Positions 15,501 to 29,799 of a stretch of DNA of 64,000 nucleotides are shown one piece after another (positions within the stretch are counted from its first letter, which is position 1; each line of letters begins with the position of its first letter). The notes under the pieces were generated by a model. It saw only the letters and a program-made list of their open reading frames with translations, made no database searches and was not told the origin of the DNA. Made by a program: the position numbers and the translations under genes. Source of the DNA: Eledone cirrhosa (taxonomy: Eukaryota); the NCBI GenBank assembly GCA_964016885.1, contig OZ024740.1, positions 315,890,001 to 315,954,000 of the forward strand, in the 5' to 3' direction.

Positions 15501-18500
15501 TCTGAATTGAGAGATTACAGCTCTGATACTATGGCATGTGGTTAGAATGTCTCAAGAAAGAATCACTGGACAGATTTTACAGGCAAAAATCAACCAGCAG
15601 AAAACCCAGGGGTAGAACCTGAGCAAGATGGTTAGATAACATCCATGAACTTGGCTAGTCTCATTTGGGGATCCAGCCGGATCAGTTGCATCTGACAGGA
15701 CCCACTGGAAGGAGTGTTGAGACTAATTTGTTATTTTGCGTCTTTCCTACACCATCTTAGCTCACAAAAAACAAGATGGTGTAGGACAGAACAAAAGAGA
15801 GACACAAAATAACAAATTAGTCACTGAGGAGGTCACAGAATGTGTGACAAAAGAGCTTTGAGAATAAACAAATAAACAACCATCCGGTTATTAAACTAAC
15901 CGACTGGAAGCTTATAATAAATTGAAATGAAAACCAACAGCTGCGTGTGTTTTTATTTCCAGCATGACCCTCCCAAAGTATAACAATATTTCTGTTTCAA
16001 CACACGTTTTCAGACAAAACTTGCGAAACAAATACAAAAACGAAGTATATGCATATATATATAATTTTATGCCTGCTTTTCCCTGCTTGCAAGGGTGGGA
16101 CGGGTCCTTTTCAGCACAGAATGGAGAGATGTTGTGTTGAAGAGGACCTCTCCCACCATTGCAAGCAGGGATAAGTGGACGTAAAATGAAAATGATGAAA
16201 ATGATGATGATGATGAAAATGATGAAGATGAAGATGATGATGATGATGAATATATATATATATATATATATAAATATGGAGGCACATGGCTTAGTGGTTA
16301 GAACATTGGCCTTGCAATCGAAAGGTTGTGAGTTCAATTCTCAGACCGGGTGATGTGTTGTTTCCTTGAGCAAGACACTTTATTTCACATTGCTCCAGTT
16401 TACTCAGCTGTAGAAATGAGATGATAGGGACTGGGGTCCATATCATTCCACTGCAAAGTGGTCGTGGAGGTGCCACGGCAAAAAAGCACCCAGCACTCAC
16501 TGTAAATGAGGTTGGTGTTAGGAAGGGCATCCAGCTGTAGAAATCAAGCCAGCATCAGTTCCCGTCCCACCCTTGCAAGCAGGGAAAAAGCGGACGTAAA
16601 ATGAAATGAATGAAATGAATATATAAATAAATAGACGTAAAAATTTGAAGAAAGGAAGATTCTCATCTTGTCAATATATTTACTTGCTTTAACTTAACAA
16701 TTTCCTCCTGCATTAGATTTCTGGTGTTTTCAAGATTTTTAGCAAATTCATCTCTTTGTTCTTCTGTAGAACTTAAAGACATTGTTAGTTGGTTCACTTG
16801 TGACTTTAACTGCGTCTAGAATGGAAAAGAAAAACGTAAATCTCCTTTGTTTAAAATTCAACTTTTTGTTTTGTAATGAACTTGTAAAGGTTAAAATATT
16901 TATAGTCTATATTCATAAAATACACAATTTATGGCACAATCTTTATTAGCATCACCAAACACTGTTACTATCATTATATCAGGTTTACAAGATTGAAATG
17001 GGTTTGAAAAGTCTGAGTAATAACATGTTCTAATATTGGTTTCTGATGACAATGATGATGATGGCGATCAGGATGATGATGATCATAATAATTATTTCTT
17101 CTTTTGGCACAAGGCCAGAAATTACTGTACATTACTGGTGCTTTATTTTATTGACCCTGTAAGGATGAAAGGCAAAGTTAACGTCAGCAGTATTTGAACT
17201 CAGACTGTAAACGGCCGTAACTCTATGCTGCAAAGCATGGCATCCAACCCTCTACTGATACTGCCAATTCACCGCCCTTACTTTGATCAAAGAGAGTGTC
17301 ACAAAATTCAACTTATTAGTAACAGCAACCAAATATCCCTTAAATTTTACCCTAATATCTTAGAAATGAAAGATAAATTGTAGTTTAGTCCTATGTGAGC
17401 TATGATTGAAATAAAAAGTTGGGATTATCACAGCCGGAATAAGTTTCATCAGAAATCTACCAGATCTGTGGCAACATAGACAGAGAATGAACTTGGTGAT
17501 AAAAAGAAAAGACAGCAACAACAATGTATATTATCTATATAGCAGAACTCATTTGTTTTCTGTAGTTAATTGCTTAACCCTTTAATGTTCAAACCGGCCA
17601 GAATTCTCTACCTCTTTCTGTTGAAACTGGCTGTAACTGGTCGCTCAAACTGATGTTAAGGTATTGTTCTCAAAATAAATACTTTCAAAATCTCATAGAT
17701 TATGTGAGATAATTAGGTGAGGTAAAGCCTTTACCATGAAAATATAATAGTATATATATATAGAATAATGTAAATGCTAAAGGGTTAAACAGACCATACT
17801 ATTTAATCTTCATTGCTTATGTTTGAATACTACGCAGCATGATAAACATTGCAATCAGGGCCAGATTTAATGGGGATCAAAGGAGGCAATTGTCCCGGGC
17901 CATCTGCAGTAGGGGCCCCACCAGCAACAGGCATAGAAATTTATTTTTGCCCTTAGCTGGGCTTTTTAGTTTTAGGATGGTTACAATTTTGGAATTTAAT
18001 ACCTGTATGTATAACTTTTGAATTCTAATTACTTGTGCTGAGCTGACTTAGATATGTAAAACTGGGGGTTTGTTGTGTATTCTAATTTTTTTTTGTGTAT
18101 AGAGGGGGCTTCCAAACCTGAAGTGCCTTGGGCCCCCAAAGGTCTAAATCCAACCATGATTGCAATATTTTAACAGAAAATAATTCCTCACCAGAATAAA
18201 AACAGAACTTACCATTTCTTTCTCAAAGTCATCTTTAATCCGAGTCATCTCCTTCAATTCTCCATCCAACTTAACCATTTCACTGTTCATAGACGTACGG
18301 ATCTGAAGCAAACAACACTTAACACTTCAGTAAATCAAATCTGAAAACTTTGATGAATGATTTCTTAATGAGGAATATAACTTGGGTGTTACAAATGGAT
18401 ATTAAGTTGTGCCATTCACTACCTTCTTTTGCACATGTATTAGTGTGGACATAAAATGATGATGATGATAAGAACTGAAACTTGCTAATGAGTGCATACA

Positions 18501-21500
18501 TGCATGCTCTCGTGTGCTGCAAGCTGTGCACTGAGACAGTGCTTATCCTGGTTTCATGGCGTGAAGCGACTGAGAGTACAAAATTCCCCCCTGGACAGGA
18601 CTCCAGTCCATTGTAGGGTTAAACCCCCAGCTATTGCTGGTACTCCCTTTCAGCTGAGTATACTGGAGCAACATGAAATGAAGTTTTTTTTACTCTAGAA
18701 CAAGATGCAACCCAGCCCAGTAATTGAACCCACAACATTATGATCGTAAGTCCAACATCTTTACCACTAGGCCACGTACCTTCACTGCATATGACTACAG
18801 AGAGAAAAAAGCAAGTAGAAAGGCAAGAAAAAACGAGGGAGTTGTATAAAACAAGATACCTCATTTAGTTGTTCTAATGATGATGTCAATTCTTGCTCGT
18901 GTTCTACAGATTTGTTCAGGTCCTTTTGAAGATTTGCTGATTTAGTTTCAAGGAGTTTCAATTCAGCCTTTATTTTCTCCAGCTTTGATGTTAACTCAGT
19001 TTTGGATTCTTCTAGAATCTAAAATTTAAATATAGAAATAATACAATTCAATTAAGGAAAGGCTTGTAGCATTTTAAAAAAAACCACATTTTTTTAGGGC
19101 ATAAAGAAATAAAGTTAACTGACTCAATTTCTACAAATGCCTGGCACTTAATAAATGCTTCTCACATTTTTTTATAAAAAGCATTGGAATAAGAGTGGGG
19201 GGATGGAAAAAAATCTGAAAAATTAAAAGAGAGAGAGGGGGGGGGGGTGTTATTCGAGACCCGAGAGTATGTTATGGCTTGCTTTAAAAAGTAGCCTAAT
19301 AGTTGTTCACTGATTACCACTTCTAGTACTTTTCTGATGAAGCTGAATAACAGTATAGGGTTGATAATCTGATGGATTAGTTCTAGATTCCTTGTGTAAA
19401 GGTATCACAGTGGCAGTCTTTCATGGTTTGGAGTAAAAGCAGAGATGAAATAAGCATCACAGAGAAATGGGTAGTTTTTTTACAGTATAGCCTTCAGGAC
19501 TTTCCTTGGAATTTGATCTGGGTTAGTGGCTTTGAGATCCTACATGATGTTTTTTTACTTTGAAGATCATACTCTGTAACATTGTACTAAGAATGCCTGA
19601 TGCTTGGCTATCATCAGCATTGGTATGTGCTACATTTCTGAGATATATATTGGTCATGTGTATCTGGTTTAGAATAGATACATCATATTCCTGCATGCCA
19701 TAAGGGTTGGTGTCAGGAAGGGCATCTGACTGTAAAACATTGCCTCAAAAAAGACCCATCAAACCCATGCCAGCATGGAAAAGGTTGAGTTGAAAATGTT
19801 GTTGATAATGATGATGATATACATATATATATAGTGCTGATGATCTACAAAATAAAAGCACCCAGTACACGCTGTAAAATGGTTGGCTATCCAGCCATAG
19901 AAAGTTTGCCAAACAAGGGGTTAAGAAGACCCTTCAGTTTGTGTCAAAAGACATGACAACTTCTCCTCGGCACTTAATATGACCATTCGTAAGTGAGATA
20001 TAGAACCCCACTTCAGTACTTACTTGGTCTATGTAGACACGCCCAACCCTTGCTAGCAGGGAAAGTGGACATACAATGATGGTGATGATGATATATCTGC
20101 AAATAATTTTATTGTAAGATATTCTTATGTTACCACTTTAAAGTTTATAACATCATTCAAACATATGTAATATTAACAAGAGCTGATTGTCTTTTTACCT
20201 TTATTTTGTTTTCAGAGTCTCCAATTTGTGAATTTGCCTGTTGAATCTGCTTCTGTAATGAAGCAATCTTAGCAGATGTGTTCTTCTCCTAGAAAATGTC
20301 AATAAATTCCTCAAATATTATTACTGAATCTCTCTATAATTCTCTCCCACAGCTGGTGTATATCATCTCTATTATTATTACAACACTCCTTACACCAATA
20401 CAATAATTAGAAGTTTTGATGAAAGATTAAAAGTTCTAGAATAAGTTTACCTAATTCTTTTGTGTTCTTTACTGAAATCAATTTGATTTATTTTATTACA
20501 TTGGCAAGTCAATTTAAGAGTAGATATAATTGACCCTAGTATTTTGCTGGGATTTATTTTATTGACTCCAGATGAAGGACATATAAATTCATCTGTGGCA
20601 GTATTTGAATTCTGAATATGAAAGGATAAAACAAAACAACACAAGATGTTTTGTCTGGTGCTCTACTGATTCTGCAATTCACTTTTTTATTTACTTTCAG
20701 TGATGATAACAATAACTATGAGGACAGATAATGCCAATCCTCACAATAAAGATGTAAAAAAAACTCAATAATAAATGAAGTTCCAACAACTATTACAGCC
20801 AGTCTAGATGTTTAATTGTGTCCTTCATGGCATTTCAGTGAGCCTTAGAAATGCTTGGTGGTGCCCATCTCTTATCCAAGTGTTCAGCCCATAATTTAGT
20901 TTAGCCTGCCAGCAGAAGTACCATATATACTTGAATATCAGCTGACCCCACAATTTTATGTCTGAGAAAAGGGCAAAAATTTAAATCTTATTTTCATAGA
21001 ATTTTAAGTTGGTGAAAATCATGAAAATATTGACCCTGAATATAAACCACCCGCTTCTAACATAAATTTTCACATATTCCTCGACTTATATTCAAGTATA
21101 TATGGTGGTTATATTCAAGTATATATAGTTGGAGTGTGGCTGAAAAATGTTCAGGGGTCAGAAGTGAGAGTTAGGTGAAAACCAATGTACCCATCTGTCC
21201 CTAAGGATGTTGCTGATAGACATCAAGGTATTCTCTCAACTCAAACACCCCAGTTTCCAGTTAATGTTTCTTTAACCCTTTAGCATTTAAACTGGCCATA
21301 TCCAGCCACAATTTTCTCACCTCTTTCTGTTTAAACTGGTTGTAACCAGCCACTCATACCAACATTAAGGTATTGTTCTCAAAATAAATAATATCAAAAT
21401 GTTGTAGATTCGATATTATGTGAGATAAAGCTTTTACCATGAAAATATAATAGTAAATATAGAGTAATGTAAATGCTAAAGGGTTTTATATCCTGGCTAA

Positions 21501-22472
21501 TGGTATATCTGGTTTTGTAATAACATCTATTCAAATTACTTCACTCTATTTACAAAGGAACATTAGATAACACTATATCCAGTATTGTAAAATACAAGAT
21601 ACTGCAATAAAGAGAATCTAATCCAGCTTTACTGTTTCATGTCTTTTATTTTTACAATTCTTCAGTTCCTTTATAGTAATAACAATATCTAAGGAATTTC
21701 AAAAATATTTGACTAAATCTGAATATATTAAAAAATGTATTTTAAGTTGTTGACTGGAATTTTTAACCTAAATTTATAGAATAATCTCATTTTAGGCTGG
21801 TATAAAATACATTTAAAGGTATACCTGCTCTTTTTTCTCCTTTTCAAGTGCTGACTTTGTAGTTTCCAGTTCAGAAACTTTCTTCTGCAAACTTGAGTTC
21901 GTCTTGTCAAAATTTGTAACCTAAAAATATAAAAAGTGTGTCTGTGCAAAAGAATGTATATTCTATATCTGGAGTGAGACGTGATCCTTTGATCAATCAA
22001 GGAGAACTGTAAGTTCAAATAAAAACTGACTGGAATCATGACAAATCTTCCATAACGTGCCAACATAGAAAGTGAACATAAAAATGATAATAAAGATGAT
22101 GATGATATGACAATGATGACAATGATCTAGAGAAAGTAGTTATTTAGAATGGAATAAGGTTATTTCATAGGATTTTAGTCAAATGCTGAATTTGGTAGAG
22201 TCCTATGGTGGACTTTAATCCTTTCAATATCAACTCACCTCAGACAGCTTATGATTCTTTGATATAAAATCTCTCATCTTAAATTGTAAATATCTAAATC
22301 AAAACCTTCTTTCATAATTTTATGTAAGAACTTTTTATTAAGTTAATTTCCAAACACATCCAATAATGAGAAAGTTATATTACTAAATAAGACTAAATTC
22401 TAGGTTATTATTTAAAATACACGGATAGTGTAATAAATGGGTTAAACAGTTAAAATATGCAAATATATATAT

Positions 22473-22510
<38 letters not shown>

Positions 22511-25500
22511 TAAATTTGATGCACGTCATCATATTTAATTGTATCTCAGGTTTATTATGAAAAGTTTCTGAGTTATAGTTCATGGCAATATAAGAACACA
22601 ATCCCAGCATGTAAAGTAGAGTGGTTTCAGTCATGACAGATCATCAGCCATGGTGTCACTGAATTATCAACATTTATGTGGTGTGGCTGGACAAGTCATG
22701 ATGTGACTAAAATATCAATGTCTGTTGACCAATAGTCATGGTGTCACTCAATTATCAATATCTGTTATTGTCATGGTGTCTTATTGGCATTCTGTTTAGA
22801 ACAGATAGAAGTGCAAAGTTAAAATCACCTCATGAGTAATTTAAAAAAACAATAGTAAACATATAGATCATTAATTAAATTCAATGTATTTAAACAGAAT
22901 CTAAATGTAATTAAATCTGAATGTGAATCAATAGAATCAATAGATGAAGAAAACAAATGAAGAGTTACTGTTTAACATCTATTTCCATGTTTGCATAGGT
23001 TAGACTGGTTGTCATTTTCTGTAACTAGACAGATCAAATGATTGTCTTGCTAATATGTTCCATCCTGACATGAGATCTATAGCTGGATGCCCTTCCTAAT
23101 ATCAACCACTTCATGGTATGTATCAAGTGTGTTTTATCATGACACCCCCAACAACACCTAACAAGGTGGACTGGGTACTTTTTTTGTGTGACTTTATTGT
23201 GTGGGCTGATGATAAAAATAATGATGGTTATGATAATGATAAGTTAGATTAAAAAAAAAAAGAAAATTATCCTCACCTTCACCATTAACGATTTTTCAGC
23301 TTCTATTTTCTGTTCAGCTAATTTCTGTAAAAAAAAAAAAAAAAAATGAAGACAAATATTTCATTTGTTTTTGCAATGTAACAAATTACTTACATCTTTC
23401 TAGAAGGTTCTAACTGTGGCAGACTAATGGCACAATAATCTTGTCTCACTAAATAGATGGACTGATATAATTCAATTGCATACATATTGTGGGAAGTTTT
23501 ATTGATATAGTAGACATATACTACTGCAGAATATAGACAGGTTAACTAATTAACTGAGACTAACATCTTGCCCATGAAACCCACATGAAAGTAGCTAAAT
23601 TTTCCACAGATATGTGTATCCTCGATGTAGTTCTCAGGAAGATTCAGCATAACACAGTTTGACCCTTTGAATTACAAACACAACTTAATTGAGTTGACTG
23701 GAGCAACATGAAATAAAGTGTCTTGCTCAAGGACACAATGTGCTGCCAGAAATCAAACTAAGCCATGCGCCTTCACTATTATTGTTTTCATAAATCTCAG
23801 GAATCCATAGAATAAGTGTTTATTTATAGTTTCAATAGTTTTAAGCAGATGAGAGATAAATCTGCCACTGGATAGGACACTATCATAGGTAACTTTCTGA
23901 AGAAACCCCCCCCCCAAAAAAACCAAACCCTCTGATATCTATCCCTTCTTCTTTGCCCACTTATTGCTGAGAAGGTTGTGCTGGCAGAGTCCTCAAACTT
24001 TCCTTCCAATGAGCCCTATCAGAAGCAACTGTTTCCAACTGATCCGGTTGGATCCCCAAGTGAAACAAGCTGAGCTTTTGGATGTTATCCAACCATCTTG
24101 CTTGGGGTCTACCCTTGGGTCTCCTACCAGTTGGTTTTGCCTGTAAAATCTGTCTAGCAATTCTTTCCTGAGACATTCTAACCACATGCTCATAGTATCG
24201 GAGCTGTGATCTCTCAATTCAGTGAAGTAGCCGCTCTGCCTGGAGTGACTTTCTGATCTCTATCGAGTGACGTTACTCCAAAGACTCTTCTAAGGAACCC
24301 CATTTCAGCTTTTTGTATTCGCAATCATTATCTATCCCCAACGTCAGAATGAACCAATTCTTTGACAATATATTTTAAAACAATATCCATAGAATATATT
24401 AGGAAAGAGAAACAAAACCAGAAAACAAAACATACTGTTTGAGATTGTAAATCAGCTTGTAAAGTGGTGATTTGTTCTTCATATACTTGTTTTGAATTTT
24501 CGAAAACATCAGTTTTTTCTTTAAGTATTCTCTGATGATTTGTCTGAAACAAGAACCAGTGGAGAAATAGCGGTAATCTGCCAAATAAAGTCATTTATCA
24601 AAGTACTTATTATGCAGAATATTAATGTTAACATCTGTGACTGATGGATTAAAGGGGCATGATTTTAGGGTTAGGGTTAGAAATAGGAATGTTAAATGAT
24701 GATGATGATGATGATGGGTACTCATACAAACATGGAAAAATGGATGTAAAAACGATGTTGATGACAATGATGATGATGATGGCAATCAGGAAGATGATGA
24801 TCATAATACTGGTTTCTGATTTAGGCACAAGGCCAACAATTTGTGGGGAGGAGAAAGTCGATTAAATCAACCCCAGTGTGTTACTGGTACTTTATTTTAC
24901 CGACCCCTTTAAAGACAAAAGGCAAAGCCAATTTCAGCGGGATTTGAACTTAGAACGTAAAAGGATATAACTCTATGCTGCAAAGCATGCCTGACGCTCT
25001 ACCGATTCTGCCAATACAAATGATGATGGTGATACCAATGACAATGATGATGATGATCATCAAGATAAAAATTTGATAGGACCTGTGTTAGTTTTGACAA
25101 TAAATGTTCCTCTTGTTCTATCAAAGGAACAGCCAGCTCATGAAATTAACATGTAAGTGGCTGAACATTTCACAGACATGTATACCCTTAACATGATTCT
25201 CAGGGAGATTCAGCATGACATAGTATATGACAAGGCTGGCCCTTTCTTTGAATTGCAGGTACAGTCCCTCAAACAGGCTTCTGAACAGTTTCTATCTAAG
25301 CAATTTCATTCATAAGGAGTGGGTTGACCCAAGGTTTTGGTAAATGATACTTGCCTTAGATACCACATAGTGGGATTGAAATCAGGACCAAATGATTGCA
25401 AAGCTAACTCCTTAACCATTTGGCCTTACTGCACCCATGATGATGTTGATGGTGATGATGATGATAATCGTGATGATAATAACCATGATGATAATAACCA

Positions 25501-28500
25501 TCATGATGGTACCCATGATGATAGTAATCATGATGGTAATGGTGATGATGATAATGATGGTGATGATGATTAATAGTAATGTACTGATAAACAATGGTAT
25601 AGGAATACCTGACATCAAAATAACTAAATGAAGTGTACACATATCTTACAAATCAAATGAGAACTACAAAACAATTGTCAATAGTTGGTATCATGGCTTG
25701 GCTTTGCAAACAAAGATTATGGAGGTGGTCCATGTTGACTGCAGGCACGCTTGTGGCTAGTAGTTGGTGTACTCTGTTGTTATTTCACCTAAAACATTTC
25801 TGAACACTGAACCTTTGAGAATATGGCTGACTGACTGGAGCTCAAATGGTGGAGGTTTGAACCCTATCATATGTGGTGTTGTGTACGTGTCCATGTTCAA
25901 AATACTTAACACTCAAATGGCCAGTTCAGTCCACCTAGTTCTTGTTACTATTGTTACCAATTGGAATGTTGGTCTGTCTCGAAATCTGACACATCTGTCA
26001 TTTAACGATGTCCAGCTAGTCAGGGAATGTCCATGCTGATAGTCAACCTGTTAGCATCGATGGAAAATGAAAGACATCCCAGCATGTGACTGTGGGGACC
26101 CTGACCAGACAGTGTTGCATATTGTTTGGGATTGTCCCCTCAGACTTTTCCTGGTGGCCTGGAGGCAATCAATAACCACTACAAATGACACCTTTGTCTC
26201 ACCAATCTCAATCTGTCTCTGTAACCATTGTACATGTCATACAATAAGAACCTGTTAGGAATAGTAGCATAGGTTAGATGGGTTATCATACTCTGAGGCT
26301 AGACAAGTAGGTTAGACAACTGCATTTTGCTCATATGTTCCTATTTTGGCATGGATTCTACAGCTGGATGCCCTTCCTAAAGCCAACCACTTCATGGTGT
26401 ATACCACGTTTGTGAGTTTTCTATGGTATGGTATATCACCAGCTAACTTAATCCTGTGTCAACTCTTCTTCTGTGAGGTCCAACATTTTAAGGTCTGCCT
26501 TTGCCAAAATACTTTTCTAATTCTTATCCATATCAAATCAAGTTGAATTCGGCATGATAGTGGCAGTGGCATTTTAGGGTTCTCCCTTGCTATCAAGAAA
26601 GAACAGAAGATAAAGAAAGTAGAAAGAGCTAATAGCTTCAGTAGTAATAAAAAGTACTATTGTGATTGTACCCATCTTATTTATATTTATAGTTAATGTG
26701 GTGTGGTAAATAAATATATACATATATATATATATAATAAAAAGTGTAGCAGTAGCAGTAGCGGCAGTTCAGTGGTAACAACAATATGAATTACAGCCAG
26801 TAAACATTGGTGTGAATACAATAATAAATCAGTGCAGACAATACTGAAGACTATAACATGCAATAGATGTCAAATATTTAAGGAGACATACATAGAAGAG
26901 GTGCAGTCAATCAGGGTGATATAAAGAATGAAAAGAAAACAGAATTGCACAGATAAATATTTTTAGCATTAAGATGGTCAACTGAAACGTTCATAGGCTG
27001 ACTATGAAGGAGTGATGTTCGGGCTGTGAAATCTTGCATGCATTAATTTCAACTTTTCTTATTAATAACTGCGTTGTTTTTTTTACAAGGCCCATATTGA
27101 AAAATAAACCTCATTTGGTCATTCCATGAGAGTATCTTGGTCAGCCTATGAAGGAGTATTGCTAGAGCTGTGAAATACTGCGTGTATAAATTTCAACTTT
27201 TCTTATTAATAACTGCATTGTTTCTTTCCTTAAAAATAAGGCACATTTAGCAGTTTATTTAACAAACCAGCCTTAAATAATACATTTGGTATGAACAAAT
27301 GTGGGAACTTCTACATGTTTGATCAACCAGCTAGAAATAGCAGATAAATAACCTTCAAACCATTCCCATCAGTCTTAAAGGAAAGACACATTGGATAATA
27401 TAGTTCATCATCATCATCATCTTTACGTCCACTTTTCTCCGCTTGTATGGGTTAGACACATTCTAGATATTAAATATTTTTTTCTTAATTTTTTGTCAAT
27501 TTTCCCAAGGTAGACTGTTTTTTATAAACTTAAAGCTTTGTATAATGCTGGCTATTATTGTATTGTTACAACTATATGTATTTTAATATTTTAACTACCC
27601 ATCTGTGAAATGGGATTGTAATCTGTTATTAGCCATTATAGACAGAGGCAGAGTGATGTCTTGTCTGCAAGTATAACAGTGTGACTACAACAAAGTTTGT
27701 AATTATGACCATTAATCTCACAACCACTGCAGAAATGTGCATGCACATGTGCAAACACACACACACACACACACAGTGCAAGGATCTTTTTTTATGAATA
27801 CATGACATGATGTTGATGGAAGAATCATACAATTATCAGACAATAAGAAACTTCATGCTGGTGCCAATCACCACACAGACAAACTTCATAGTGTTAGCAA
27901 GAAATCTCTATGTGATAACCCAACCTGCTAAAAATAGCAGTAAAATACCCACCCTCAAATAATTTCTAATTATCTTAAAAAAAGGATATATTAGATGTGG
28001 TTTCAGATTGGATGGTCATGGTTGGAAAATCTTTGGTCATAAGTCTTCTAGATGAAGATTAATCTGAGGCTAAACATAAAAAAATTCATTGAGAGTATTG
28101 CGTTCCATAGCTAAAACCTACACCTCTCTTGCTCAAACACAAACAAAACAAGATACATACACATATCAGTTACAAGCCCTCATTAACAGCAGAGAGAAAT
28201 GATGAAAGTAATAGCAGCGTAGCAACAATATCAACCATCATCAACATCATCATCCTAGTCCTGATTCTTTTCCTCACTAGTGACATAATTCACTGAAGAA
28301 TACTTGTGATGTGCTGAATTCAAAACATTTTCTGGACATATACTTTGCTCAGGATTGAACATGCAACCCCCCGCCCCTTCATTCAATTGTCATATTTATC
28401 ACATACCTACAGGAGTGTCACCTTCCCTCCTTACTACATAATGGAATATCCCAGACACCTCTTAAAACACCTGTATGTCTGAAAAAACATACATTCACAT

Positions 28501-29764
28501 AACTGCAACCTCCCCACCCTATTTATGGTTATGCTTTTTAATACACCCTCCTCTCTACAGTAAACAACTTGTGACTCAGACAGTCTTATTGGTGATCACT
28601 CCTCTCAGGACAGGCTTAACTTGATCACTAGTTTTACTTGTGACTCAGACAGTCTTATTGGTGATCACTCCTCTCAGGACAGGCTTAACTTGATCACTAG
28701 TTTTACTTGTGACTCAGACAGTCTTATTGGTGATCACTCCTCTCAGGACAGGCTTAACTTGATCACTAGTTTTACTTGTGACTCAGACAGTCTTATTGGT
28801 GATCACTCCTCTCAGGACAGGCTTAACTTGATCACTAGTTTTACTTGTGACTCAGACAGTCTTATTGGTGATCACTCCTCTCAGGACAGGCTTAACTTGA
28901 TCACTAGTTTTACTTGTGACTCAGACAGTCTTATTGGTGATCACTCCTCTCAGGACAGGCTTAACTTGATCACTAGTTTTACTTGTGACTCAGACAGTCT
29001 TATTGGTGATCACTCCTCGCAGGACGGGCTTAACTTGATCACTAGTTTTACTTGTGACTCAGACAGTCTTATTGGTGATCACTCCTCTCAGGACAGGCTT
29101 AACTTGATCACTAGTTTTACTTGTGACTCAGACAGTCTTATTGGTGATCACTCCTCTCAGGACAGGCTTAACTTGATCACTAGTTTTACTTGTGACTCAG
29201 ACAGTCTTATTGGTGATCACTCCACTCAGGACAAGCTTAACTTGATCACTAGTTTTACTTATTTCAAATACACTGTTGAATATACCTTGATAAAAGTTAA
29301 ACTGATTAAAGTCTCAGAAGAAAACATAAAACACACACACTTTCAGAAAAAAACAAAAGTGATACCCCATCAAAATTTAAATGGACAAGAGGGAAGAGAA
29401 AACCAATTATGTGTGAACATATTGTGTTAGTATGGTGTCATGAAAAAAAAGTATATGTAAGACTATATGTGTTTTATAAATTTCTAATGATTAAGTGAGG
29501 GTATATATATATATATATAAACACACACATACATGTACATGCATATATATACATATGCATATAAATACATATATATATATATATATACATATATATACAC
29601 ACACATACATGTACATGCATATATATACATATGCATATAAATACATATATACATATATATACACACACATACATATATATACATATGCATATATATATAT
29701 ACACACACATAGATGCATATATATACATACACATACATGCATATATATACATACACATACATGC

Positions 29765-29799
<35 letters not shown>

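Noticed and set aside
16279-16350. tRNA gene
   Set aside because: A and B boxes are present, but there is no proper acceptor stem and the sequence continues into a SINE body.
25083-25117. Possible extra EEA1 micro-exon ([11 protein letters not shown])
   Set aside because: Weak donor (gtccta), the acceptor overlaps a SINE edge, and no phase-compatible upstream exon is visible.
28621-29430. 269-aa repeat protein
   Set aside because: The frame is open only because the 69-bp unit is a stop-free multiple of 3; it is intronic, antisense and has no ATG.
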